Of a stretch of 64,000 nucleotides of DNA, positions 31,354-40,022 are shown piece by piece. Position numbers and translations under genes: made by a program. Source of the DNA: an uncultured Bdellovibrionales bacterium. GTDB taxonomy: Bacteria; Myxococcota; XYA12-FULL-58-9; JASMKV01. The stretch's first letter is position 1; each line of letters starts with the position of its first letter. The stretch spans positions 5,055-69,054 of the forward strand of contig CAXGWX010000001.1 in the NCBI GenBank assembly GCA_964013445.1, written 5' to 3'. The notes beneath the pieces were generated by a model. That model searched no databases. It saw only the letters and a program-made list of their open reading frames with translations, and was not told where the DNA came from.

Positions 31354-32253
31354 TTATAAGGCTCTCTTTGCCGTCGACTCAGAATCAACAGCAATTTCTT
31401 CAACAACATCAAGAACTCCCTGCCCAATATCAACAAAGGTTCGAGGTTCAATTTTTACCGCTTGTCTGGGTGTATAGCGATAGGGGGTCAAGAGATAATG
31501 GTCACTTTCTCCGCCTGGTTCTTCGAATTCAAATTCAATATCTTTACCAACAATTTCCTTGATGAAAGCAAAAAGCTCTTTGACCTTTAAAACTTGAGCT
31601 CCTGTTAATGTAAGACATTTATTCTCAAAATCCTTCTGAAGAGCCTCTACACTTAATCGAGAAGCATCCTTAACGTGAATATACTCCCGGCGCTCTTCAC
31701 CTGTCCCATTGCAAACTATTCTATTATTCCTCACCGCTTGCAGTATGTAATTCTTGAAACCATTCCAGTCCTGTGCTCGAGGTCCATAAAGAGAACCGTA
31801 ACGCAGTATCGTATAATTCAAACCATACTTTTCATGATACGCTTCAATGAGTGTCTCAACCGATTGCTTACTCGCTCGGTAAAATGAACCTCTTTGGCTA
31901 TATACATAGACTGTCGAGGCAAAAACAAATCGCTCAACGCCCTGCTCAACACAAGCGGACAATACGATTGAGCTTCCCATAACGTTACTCTCAATAGTCA
32001 GCAGCGGATTATTAGATGCCTCCCCAATATCCGCAACACCGGCCATGTGATACACATAGTCTATCCCTTTGCATGCTGAGAGAATGGCACTTTTGTCGAG
32101 TAAATTGCCTTGAATAAATTTTTGATTGGAGCTTATCCATTTAGATTCCACATGGTCAAAAATAGTAACGTCCATGCCTGCGGCACTTAATGCATCAGCA
32201 ACATGACTTCCTAAAAAGCCTGAACCACCAATAACAAGAGCTTTCTTTTGCAT
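31354..32253 (-). CDS. NAD-dependent epimerase/dehydratase (SDR family)
   Basis: KKALVIGGSGFLGSHVADAL Rossmann motif and YRASK catalytic YxxxK. Confidence 0.75.
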   Translation of the reverse strand: MQKKALVIGGSGFLGSHVADALSAAGMDVTIFDHVESKWISSNQKFIQGNLLDKSAILSACKGIDYVYHMAGVADIGEASNNPLLTIESNVMGSSIVLSACVEQGVERFVFASTVYVYSQRGSFYRASKQSVETLIEAYHEKYGLNYTILRYGSLYGPRAQDWNGFKNYILQAVRNNRIVCNGTGEERREYIHVKDASRLSVEALQKDFENKCLTLTGAQVLKVKELFAFIKEIVGKDIEFEFEEPGGESDHYLLTPYRYTPRQAVKIEPRTFVDIGQGVLDVVEEIAVDSESTAKRAL

Positions 32254-32262
32254 ATAAATCCC

Positions 32263-33198
32263 CTATGACAATGCTGAGAGCAGATTCTCTACCGCTTCTC
32301 GCTCCATTTGAATGCGTGCTTCTCGCGCATAGGAGCCAATATGGGGAGTAAGAATAACATTATCAAAATCTCTTAATGGCCCCTCATAAGGTTCTTGCTC
32401 AAAAACATCCAGAGCAGCGCCTGCAATTTCGTTGTTAGCTAATACATCAGAAAGGTCAGCTTCATTAATAACGTCCCCCCGGGCAACATTGATAATTAGG
32501 GCGCTTGGTTTCATGAGTGCGAGCAGGTTCTTACTCACAAGGTGTCGCGTGTCTTTACCCGACGCAAGATGTAAGCTCACGATATCAGAATCTCTAAACA
32601 GTTCCTCAATCGTATCTGTTTTTCTAATGTTCAAAGCAGTCATCTCGTCCCTATCAACATAGGGATCAAATGCGCAAACCTCTGTTCCAAAACACTGCAT
32701 TTTTTCAGCGAGTTTTCGACCAATTCGTCCACAACCAACCACACCTAAAGTCTTACCCTCAACCAGACCTCCAAGATGTTTCTTCCAGCTTCCGGTTCGT
32801 GTCTGTCGATCGTGCAAGGCTATTTGCCGGGCTAAAGAAAAAATAAGTGCTATAGAAAGCTCAACGACTGCCGGTGCCACTGCATCAGGTGTTCGAAAAA
32901 CCTCCATGCCGTATTCCTTCACCGCATCATGATCAACATTATCCCAACCAACCCCGACACGAGAGATAACACGCAGGTGCTCCTGAGCCTTTTCCAATAC
33001 TCGACGAGTTATAGGCTCAACACCTGCAATCAATCCGCATGGCTGGTATTCCGTAAGAAGGGAATCCAATTCCTCTTCCGAAAGACGTCTCGAAAAAGGA
33101 TTGGTAATGACTGTATACCCTTTGGATTCAAGCTCGCTCAGCGGGCCTCTATCTGCTGTGCCAAAGGATGATGTCGTCGTTAGTATTTTATTATCCAT
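32263..33198 (-). CDS. D-isomer-specific 2-hydroxyacid dehydrogenase (PGDH-like)
   Basis: NAD-binding GVVGCGRIGRKLAEK. Catalytic R/E/H pattern (VARG...E...HIGS). Start placed at MDNKIL, which overlaps the HpcH stop. The listed ORF extends to 33228. Confidence 0.7.
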   Translation of the reverse strand: MDNKILTTTSSFGTADRGPLSELESKGYTVITNPFSRRLSEEELDSLLTEYQPCGLIAGVEPITRRVLEKAQEHLRVISRVGVGWDNVDHDAVKEYGMEVFRTPDAVAPAVVELSIALIFSLARQIALHDRQTRTGSWKKHLGGLVEGKTLGVVGCGRIGRKLAEKMQCFGTEVCAFDPYVDRDEMTALNIRKTDTIEELFRDSDIVSLHLASGKDTRHLVSKNLLALMKPSALIINVARGDVINEADLSDVLANNEIAGAALDVFEQEPYEGPLRDFDNVILTPHIGSYAREARIQMEREAVENLLSALS

Positions 33199-33199
33199 T

Positions 33200-33979
33200 T
33201 TAATGGCCTTTCTTGGCGATAGTGACACCCTCTCGGCAGATTGAGTCTAATATTCTTATATCAAGACTGTAGGCAAGAAACTTATAGCCTTCTTCCTGAC
33301 AGCGAACGATTTCTTTAGGATCTGGCTCGATAATATGAATTCCCCCTGGCTTTGGACAATTAGCGACCGCACTATTAATTTTCTCCATGGCCTCAAGCAT
33401 TTTAGGGTTATTAAAGCCTCCTGGAGCCCCTAAAGAGCCAGATAAGTCATAGGGTCCAACAATAAATCCGTCTACCCCGTCATGGTCGAGAATTGAATCT
33501 ATATTATTGACCGCATCAATATGCTCAATTTGTGGAATAAGAATACTCTCATTTTGAAGCCGCTCTTTGTAGCCTTCAAAGTCAGCGCCATAAGCCTGAG
33601 CACGTGCAAGCCCCACTCCCCTCATCCCCATTGTAGGATAATGCATCGCTCGATAGGCACGCTCTACATCCTCAACTGAATTCACCATAGGAACAATAAT
33701 TCCCTTAGCACCCGCATCCATAACCCGCTTAATCTGCACTGCATCGTTTGAAGAAAGACGTACTAGCGGCGTAACACCACTCAGATCAATAATGCGAATG
33801 AGCTCCTCAGCTTCACGTATTGTGATAACACTATGTTCCAGATCAACACATAGCCAATCAAAACCAGATTTAGCCATAATTTCTGCTATTGCTGGGTGCC
33901 CCAAGGTTATCCATGACCCCAAGGTGGCTTCTCCAGCCTTTAGCTTTTCTTTTAAACCCATTTCGATTCTGCCCTTCAT
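33200..33979 (-). CDS. HpcH/HpaI-family class II (pyruvate) aldolase
   Basis: 259 aa with the family-typical GSWITLGHPAIAEIMA N-terminus and VRLSSNDAVQIKRVMDAGAKGIIVPMV core. Confidence 0.75.
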   Translation of the reverse strand: MKGRIEMGLKEKLKAGEATLGSWITLGHPAIAEIMAKSGFDWLCVDLEHSVITIREAEELIRIIDLSGVTPLVRLSSNDAVQIKRVMDAGAKGIIVPMVNSVEDVERAYRAMHYPTMGMRGVGLARAQAYGADFEGYKERLQNESILIPQIEHIDAVNNIDSILDHDGVDGFIVGPYDLSGSLGAPGGFNNPKMLEAMEKINSAVANCPKPGGIHIIEPDPKEIVRCQEEGYKFLAYSLDIRILDSICREGVTIAKKGH

Positions 33980-34089
33980 AAACTGGGAAATAGTTCAAAT
34001 CGGAACCTAGGACTACATTGATTCAGCATAAGAATCAACAACAAGGGCTGCTTATTCCTGCTCAATAAACCAGTTTAAGAGCTTGTTAT

Positions 34090-34773
34090 TTATGCGTTAT
34101 TTTCAGCGATGGTTTGTGCTAAATCCCAATCATCTGGACCATCTATATCCAAGGATTCCAGTGTATTCATCACATAGAGATATGGTCTTTTACCAATCCG
34201 AGCATTTGTTTGTAGAAAACTATCCTTAGAAAATAAATAAAGATTGGAGTTTTCCTCGTACCACGGTTCTAAATCCTGAGTGCGTAATAGATTTTCAGGA
34301 TCGTGATTAACTGGGCTTCCATCTTTACGGTAAAAACGAGTTTGAACTTTATTTACAGTAAAGAGTGAATCCGATTCTTCATTGGCCATTTTTGCGATGA
34401 ATATTTCTATACATTCTTCAATTGTCCCAATTTCAATAAAAGGGTTGGTTGTGTGGGTCATAAGATAGGTTTTTGAATTTATGTTATTAACATCATTTTC
34501 AAGTACCGCATTCATACTCACCATATCCCCACAAATGGACTCTGGACGGTCTCTCAAAATTACCTTTGAATTATGAATTTCTTCGAACTCTTCAAGTATT
34601 CCTCTCGCATCCGTGTTAATGACAACCTTATCAATACTGTCAACATGGAGTAACTTCTCCAATACCCAAAGAAAAAGAGGTTTACCGGCAAGCTCGCGAA
34701 AATTCTTATTGGGTACACGTTCACTATTTGCCTTCATTGGTAAAAGCGCTACGACGTTATACTCTTCACTCAT
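34090..34773 (-). CDS. Acylneuraminate/ulosonic-acid cytidylyltransferase family (CMP-sugar-acid synthetase)
   Basis: VVALLPMKANSERVPNKNFRELAGKPL N-terminal CTP-binding pattern of the CMP-NeuAc/CMP-Kdo synthetase family. 227 aa. Confidence 0.75.
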   Translation of the reverse strand: MSEEYNVVALLPMKANSERVPNKNFRELAGKPLFLWVLEKLLHVDSIDKVVINTDARGILEEFEEIHNSKVILRDRPESICGDMVSMNAVLENDVNNINSKTYLMTHTTNPFIEIGTIEECIEIFIAKMANEESDSLFTVNKVQTRFYRKDGSPVNHDPENLLRTQDLEPWYEENSNLYLFSKDSFLQTNARIGKRPYLYVMNTLESLDIDGPDDWDLAQTIAENNA

Positions 34774-35763
34774 TTATTCATCCTTGTTCAACCCCAAAAT
34801 TAATCGCTTGTGGAGCTTTATATTATACATAGCGATAAAGGTCACTAAGCAAAGACCAATGGTATACCCCATCCACGCTATCTTGTTTTCTAATATGAAA
34901 ATCATTGGATTCATCAATAAAATAACAGATATGACATCCTGTTCACGAATTCTTCTTTTCCTTAAAAACAAAAAGACAAAACCAAGCAGTAAAGAAAGAA
35001 AAATATTTAATGAAGTATTGGAAAAGCTCAGATTAACCAAGAGAAGTAATAGCGCTGTTGATATACAAAGCAGGGTTGGCATTAACCCATAGAGATACCA
35101 TTTTAAATAAAACGGGAGCCATTTAAATAATTGGAATTTAGTTTCACCGTGCTGCCTTTCCTCCCACTGGCTTGGGACTTCACTAACGGAAAAACCAAGG
35201 CGAAATGCCTTTACTGTAAGTTCAAGACCGATCTCAAAACCATGAAGACTTTCAACTTTTATGTGTTCAAAGAGTTCACGTTTATAGGCACGGAAATTGT
35301 TCGTCACATCACGAGTCGAAATTCCTGTAAGAAGATTAAGTGTAAGCCCTGCGAGCATCGACAACTTTTCCTTTAAAAATGGGGCTCCAGTAATACTGCC
35401 ACCAGGTATGTATCTCGAGGCACTCACAACCCAAGCACCCTTTTGAATCTTCTCAACCATCTTGGGTATAATTTCAGGAGGGTCAGAGAGATCCGCCATC
35501 GTTGTCACAATAATATCACCACGTGCATCTTCGATGCCGGATTTAATGGCTTTTGCGGCCCCACGACCGTAGGCATTTTTAACCAAACGCATTGTTGGGT
35601 ATTTATCCTTCACTTTTTCAAGTATAGGTAAGGTCGTATCTTCATCAAAATCATAACAAACAAGTATCTCGTGCTCATCGTTTTTAAGCACGCCATACAA
35701 CCTTTGTAGGCATTCTAAAATCGATTCTGATTCATTATAGACGGGTAAGACAATCGTGAGCAT
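34774..35763 (-). CDS. GT2 polyprenyl-phosphate glycosyltransferase (GtrB/DPM1-like) with C-terminal transmembrane helices
   Basis: LTIVLPVYNESESI...DEDTT...ADLSD GT-A motifs followed by two strongly hydrophobic C-terminal segments. Confidence 0.7.
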   Translation of the reverse strand: MLTIVLPVYNESESILECLQRLYGVLKNDEHEILVCYDFDEDTTLPILEKVKDKYPTMRLVKNAYGRGAAKAIKSGIEDARGDIIVTTMADLSDPPEIIPKMVEKIQKGAWVVSASRYIPGGSITGAPFLKEKLSMLAGLTLNLLTGISTRDVTNNFRAYKRELFEHIKVESLHGFEIGLELTVKAFRLGFSVSEVPSQWEERQHGETKFQLFKWLPFYLKWYLYGLMPTLLCISTALLLLLVNLSFSNTSLNIFLSLLLGFVFLFLRKRRIREQDVISVILLMNPMIFILENKIAWMGYTIGLCLVTFIAMYNIKLHKRLILGLNKDE

Positions 35764-35769
35764 GTCGTT

Positions 35770-36669
35770 TTAAAGTGTTGTTCGCTTTTGAAATCGTTTT
35801 TTAACCATTTTCCTGATATTTAAACGTTCTGCAGCTAATTTTAAGATGTGGGGTTGCTGTGACACAACGCGCAGAACTCGTGCTGCCTCCCAGGGAACAG
35901 CTGTCCAGCAATACTTAAGAAAGCTCATGGCTGATTCATTTTTTAACCATAAATAATAACGATTAATAAACGACTGTGCATAAATTCCTGGCGGCTTGCT
36001 TTCTGGACCTCTGCGCTTATGAAAAGCCTTAACTTCTGGTGTATACAGATGTTTCCATCCTTTGTTGGTCAATCGCCAAGCAAGATCCACATCTTCATAA
36101 TAGGCAAAAAAATCTTCATCAAAAAATTCTGGTCCGACATCTTCAAGAGCCTTTCTTCGGTAAAGAGCTGCCGTTGCCGAGGGTCCAAAAATAAAACCCT
36201 CTGTATTGTATTGACCTAAATCTTCTTCCTCAAAGCCCTTATCCAGTGGTCTCAGTGCATAAGCACAAAGATCAATACCCACAGAATCTATGAATTGCCT
36301 GCCGTTCTTTTCGTAAACAAGTTTTCCCGTAGCTGAAGCTAACTCTGAACATGTTTCCATTTTCTTTAGGATGACCGAAAGATAATCATTAGAAATTTTA
36401 GCATCATCATTTAAACAAAGAATATACGGTGATTCAGATTGCTTAAAACCCATGTTCATAGCTACAGAGAAACCATAGTTTTTATTCAACTTAATTAACT
36501 CCACAGAGCTGAAATCACGTTCAATAATATTACAGGTTTGATCCTGAGAGTGGTTATCTATAACTATAATTTTTTCAGGATTATTTGCCGAAGCAGCACT
36601 TAAACAACGCTCAATCCAGGACTCACTGTTCCAGGTTACGACGATAACTGTGACGGGGAGAGCACTCAC
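35770..36669 (-). CDS. Glycosyltransferase family 2
   Basis: VTVIVVTWNSESWIERCL...VIDNHSQD...LNDDA GT-A motifs. Confidence 0.7.
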   Translation of the reverse strand: MSALPVTVIVVTWNSESWIERCLSAASANNPEKIIVIDNHSQDQTCNIIERDFSSVELIKLNKNYGFSVAMNMGFKQSESPYILCLNDDAKISNDYLSVILKKMETCSELASATGKLVYEKNGRQFIDSVGIDLCAYALRPLDKGFEEEDLGQYNTEGFIFGPSATAALYRRKALEDVGPEFFDEDFFAYYEDVDLAWRLTNKGWKHLYTPEVKAFHKRRGPESKPPGIYAQSFINRYYLWLKNESAMSFLKYCWTAVPWEAARVLRVVSQQPHILKLAAERLNIRKMVKKRFQKRTTL

Positions 36670-37691
36670 TTTGCACCTGTACGTTGAGCATACATTCTTT
36701 GATAGTAATCTTTGTACGCCCCATTCTTAATATTTGCCCACCACTCCTTGTTATCCCTGTACCAATCGACCACTTCAACAAGTCGTTCTTCAATAGAAGG
36801 TCCTGCTCTAAATCCAAGCTTATCTTTCGCTTTAAAGGGTTCAATAGCGTAACGTCTGTCGTGAGCTAAGCGGTCTTCCACCGGCTGTATAAGCTCTTTT
36901 CCTACACCTGTGACCTCACAAATGGCCAACGCTATATCCTTATTGGCCCGTTCGCATTCACCGCCCAAGTTATAAACTTCTCCGTTCACGCCTTTTTCAA
37001 AAGCAAGTTTTAAACCAAAGGAATGCTCATCAACATAAATCCAGTCTCTAACATTTTTGCCATCACCATAGAGTGGGAGCGGTTTATTCTCTAATGCATT
37101 AGTAATGAAGAGAGGAATAAACTTTTCAGGAAACTGATAAGGCCCGTAATTATTAGAGCAGCGGGTAACAATAGTATTCAGACCATAAGTTTTATGAGCT
37201 GCCAAAACCAATAAGTCAGAAGATGTTTTAGAGGCCGCATAAGGCGAGGTTGGCTCAAGAGCAGATTCCTCACTAAAACGCTTCTGGTCTTCAAGTTCCA
37301 GCGAGCCATAAACCTCATCAGTTGAAACGTGCATAAAGCGCCCAACCTTATGCTTTCGAGCTGCATCAATAAGATTCTGTGTTCCTACCACATTCGTTTC
37401 AACAAAAGGGAGTGCGCTTTCAATAGAGCGATCTACATGGGATTCAGCAGCAAAATGAAAGATGGCATCTGCACCATCTCTTAAGGCTTTATCGACATCA
37501 TCAGCGCGAATGATATTACCATGGATAAAAGTAAAACCTGGGTGTTCAAAGACGGGCTTTAGGTTCTCCATGTTTCCAGCGTAGGTGAGCGCATCGAGAA
37601 CAATAATTTCATCACACCACTCTTCAAGCAGAGCCCGCCTGACAAAATTAGAACCTATAAACCCCGCTCCACCTGTAACAACCCAACGCAT
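36666..37691 (-). CDS. rfbB: dTDP-glucose 4,6-dehydratase RmlB
   Basis: MRWVVTGGAGFIGSNFVRR N-terminus, catalytic YAASK, and 341 aa length. Confidence 0.85.
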   Translation of the reverse strand: MRWVVTGGAGFIGSNFVRRALLEEWCDEIIVLDALTYAGNMENLKPVFEHPGFTFIHGNIIRADDVDKALRDGADAIFHFAAESHVDRSIESALPFVETNVVGTQNLIDAARKHKVGRFMHVSTDEVYGSLELEDQKRFSEESALEPTSPYAASKTSSDLLVLAAHKTYGLNTIVTRCSNNYGPYQFPEKFIPLFITNALENKPLPLYGDGKNVRDWIYVDEHSFGLKLAFEKGVNGEVYNLGGECERANKDIALAICEVTGVGKELIQPVEDRLAHDRRYAIEPFKAKDKLGFRAGPSIEERLVEVVDWYRDNKEWWANIKNGAYKDYYQRMYAQRTGAK

Positions 37692-37723
37692 GATACAATT
37701 ATTCTATCTCAAAAATATAAATA

Positions 37724-38830
37724 TTATTCGTTTGAAGTAAGTGAGGCGGTTTCATCTTCCAGATTGCCCGCACCCCACATTTTATCACGGCTTGTGCGTG
37801 CTTCTTCTTTATTGGCGCGTTTCTCAGCTTGCAGCTCAACAAGGTGATGGTGTGTCGTAAAATAAGGAAGACTCTTACCGACAATATCCTGAACCGAATC
37901 AAATCCATGATCGTCCATAAACTTAGATAAGCCTTCCATAAGTGGAGTTACCATTTTCATGCCATAAATCATCGCACCGGTACAAACCTGAACCGTATTT
38001 GCACCAACCAGAAGAAACTCAATAGCATCTTCGGCTGTCACAACCCCGCCAATCCCAGAAATATCAAATTTTGGTATTTCTACGGCAATTTCCTTAACCG
38101 CACGCAGCCCAATAGGCTTTACCGCCGGTGCGGAATAACCACCTGGGGTGGAGTGTCCCTCAACCGTTGGAAGCGGCCTAAGGGTCTTAAGATCGATTCC
38201 AATCACCGCCAACACCGTATTGATGGCACTGACTCCATGGGCACCGCCAGCCTGAGCCCCTTTTGCAGGCTTTACGATATCCGTAATGTTGGGTGTCATC
38301 TTTGACCAAACCGGCACATCGACGGCTTCAACAACCCAGCGCGTGACTTCTTCAACCTGGGCAGGATCTTGCCCCATAGCGGCCCCCATGCCCGTTTCAG
38401 GGTGTCCATGTGGGCAGGAGAAGTTAAGTTCCAAAGCATCACATCCGGCGGCCACACAGCGTTGTGCAACCTCTTGCCAGCGTTCTTTTTCATAAGACTC
38501 CATGATCGAGCCAATCAGAATCTTGTCCGGATACTCATTTTTTACGATTTTAAATTCTTCTTCCCATTGCTCAAAAGGAAGATCGGAAATCAGCTCTATA
38601 TTTTGAAATCCATAGACTTCACCGCCTTTAGCACGGAGTTTTCCGTAACGAGGCATAACATTAACAACTTCCGTGTCCGTTAAGCTTGTTGTCTTAGCAA
38701 CAACACCACCCCAGCCGGCCTTAAAGGCCTTACAAATAACGCGAGCATTTGTTCCAGGAGGTCCACTGCCAATAACAAATGGATTATCAAATTTAAGGCC
38801 TGAAACTTCGATGCTTAGATCTCTTGCCAT
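37724..38830 (-). CDS. Dihydroorotate/dihydropyrimidine dehydrogenase-family flavoprotein (PreA-like), no Fe-S partner domain
   Basis: FDNPFVIGSGPP and NFSCPHG catalytic-cysteine motif typical of the DHOD/DPD TIM-barrel family. The C-terminal about 45 aa are low complexity. Confidence 0.65.
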   Translation of the reverse strand: MARDLSIEVSGLKFDNPFVIGSGPPGTNARVICKAFKAGWGGVVAKTTSLTDTEVVNVMPRYGKLRAKGGEVYGFQNIELISDLPFEQWEEEFKIVKNEYPDKILIGSIMESYEKERWQEVAQRCVAAGCDALELNFSCPHGHPETGMGAAMGQDPAQVEEVTRWVVEAVDVPVWSKMTPNITDIVKPAKGAQAGGAHGVSAINTVLAVIGIDLKTLRPLPTVEGHSTPGGYSAPAVKPIGLRAVKEIAVEIPKFDISGIGGVVTAEDAIEFLLVGANTVQVCTGAMIYGMKMVTPLMEGLSKFMDDHGFDSVQDIVGKSLPYFTTHHHLVELQAEKRANKEEARTSRDKMWGAGNLEDETASLTSNE

Positions 38831-38898
38831 CCTCTTCTCCCTAAATGGTATTCAATCAAAGGTCTACTTTATGGGTATTGTCTATAAATCTCAAGAGA

Positions 38899-40005
38899 TT
38901 AGCCTATTTTAAGGGCACCCTGCTCTATTCTAAAATGGTGATTTTCCTCAGGCACCTGCAATTCCACGCTTCCTGTTGTGGAAATCCAAACCTGACAACC
39001 AAGCTCTTCTATGCACTTAAACAGATACTCTGTCCGTTGCTTGTCCAATTCACTGGAAACATCGTCCAGAAGAAGCAAGGGAGCACAACCAAGTTTTTCC
39101 TCAATCACTTTAACTTCAGCCAGTTTCAGCGCCAAAACAAGAGATCTTTGCTGACCTTGCGAGGCAAATGATTTAGCTGCACGCCCATCCAGGGAAAAGG
39201 ACAAATCACTTCTTTGCGGTCCAATGGTTGTTAATCCGCGGGCTCGATCTAAATTAAAACTCTCGCCTAAAGCTTTCCTGTATGAATTTTGAAAAGATTT
39301 TGCATCATGGATAGGAACACCCGGATCTAATAAAATTTCCAAATCAGTCTCAATAATACCAAGTTCTCGCAGAAAATATTCCACATGAGGTTTTAAGTAC
39401 TCTAATGAATCTTTTCGATACTGATGTATTCTTGCACCATATTTAATCAGCTGTTCATCAAAAGCCCTAAGTAAATTTTTATCGAGTCTGGTATCCTGTT
39501 TCTGATGCTTACGAAGAATACTATTTCTTTCTTTTAAGGAACGACGAAAAGAACGAAAACTATCAACCGAGTCAGGAAAAAAACTCAATGTACACCTATC
39601 TAAAAATCTTCTTCTTCCTTCAGGGCTCCCTTTAACCAACATGAGGTCATCTGGAAAGAAAGCCACAATATTCATCAGGCTTAAAAGCTTAGTTAGGCTT
39701 CGAAGCGGCTTATCATCCACACGGATGGTTCGCTTTGCATTGCTTAATTTGATCTCTATTTGATGACGAACATTTTGTTTAATAATCTGACAACGTACAA
39801 CACCAGCCTGCTCATTATCCCTTATGAGATCCGCAATAAGACCCTTTCTAAAAGATTGCCCTGTCGATGCCAGATAGAGAGCCTCTAAAAGATTTGTTTT
39901 TCCTTGAGCATTATTGCCGGAAATAAGAATCCAGGATTTATCAACATCGACCTGTAGAGATTCTATATTGCGGAAATTTTTTAAATAGAGTTGCTCAATA
40001 AACAT
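38899..40005 (-). CDS. recF: DNA replication and repair protein RecF
   Basis: Walker A GNNAQGKTNLLEA. Conserved dnaA-dnaN-recF order. Start placed at the ATG giving MFIEQLYLKNFRN; the listed ORF begins at a TTG at 40026 that overlaps the dnaN stop. Confidence 0.85.
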   Translation of the reverse strand: MFIEQLYLKNFRNIESLQVDVDKSWILISGNNAQGKTNLLEALYLASTGQSFRKGLIADLIRDNEQAGVVRCQIIKQNVRHQIEIKLSNAKRTIRVDDKPLRSLTKLLSLMNIVAFFPDDLMLVKGSPEGRRRFLDRCTLSFFPDSVDSFRSFRRSLKERNSILRKHQKQDTRLDKNLLRAFDEQLIKYGARIHQYRKDSLEYLKPHVEYFLRELGIIETDLEILLDPGVPIHDAKSFQNSYRKALGESFNLDRARGLTTIGPQRSDLSFSLDGRAAKSFASQGQQRSLVLALKLAEVKVIEEKLGCAPLLLLDDVSSELDKQRTEYLFKCIEELGCQVWISTTGSVELQVPEENHHFRIEQGALKIG

Positions 40006-40022
40006 AAGGCTTAAAAAGCCAA

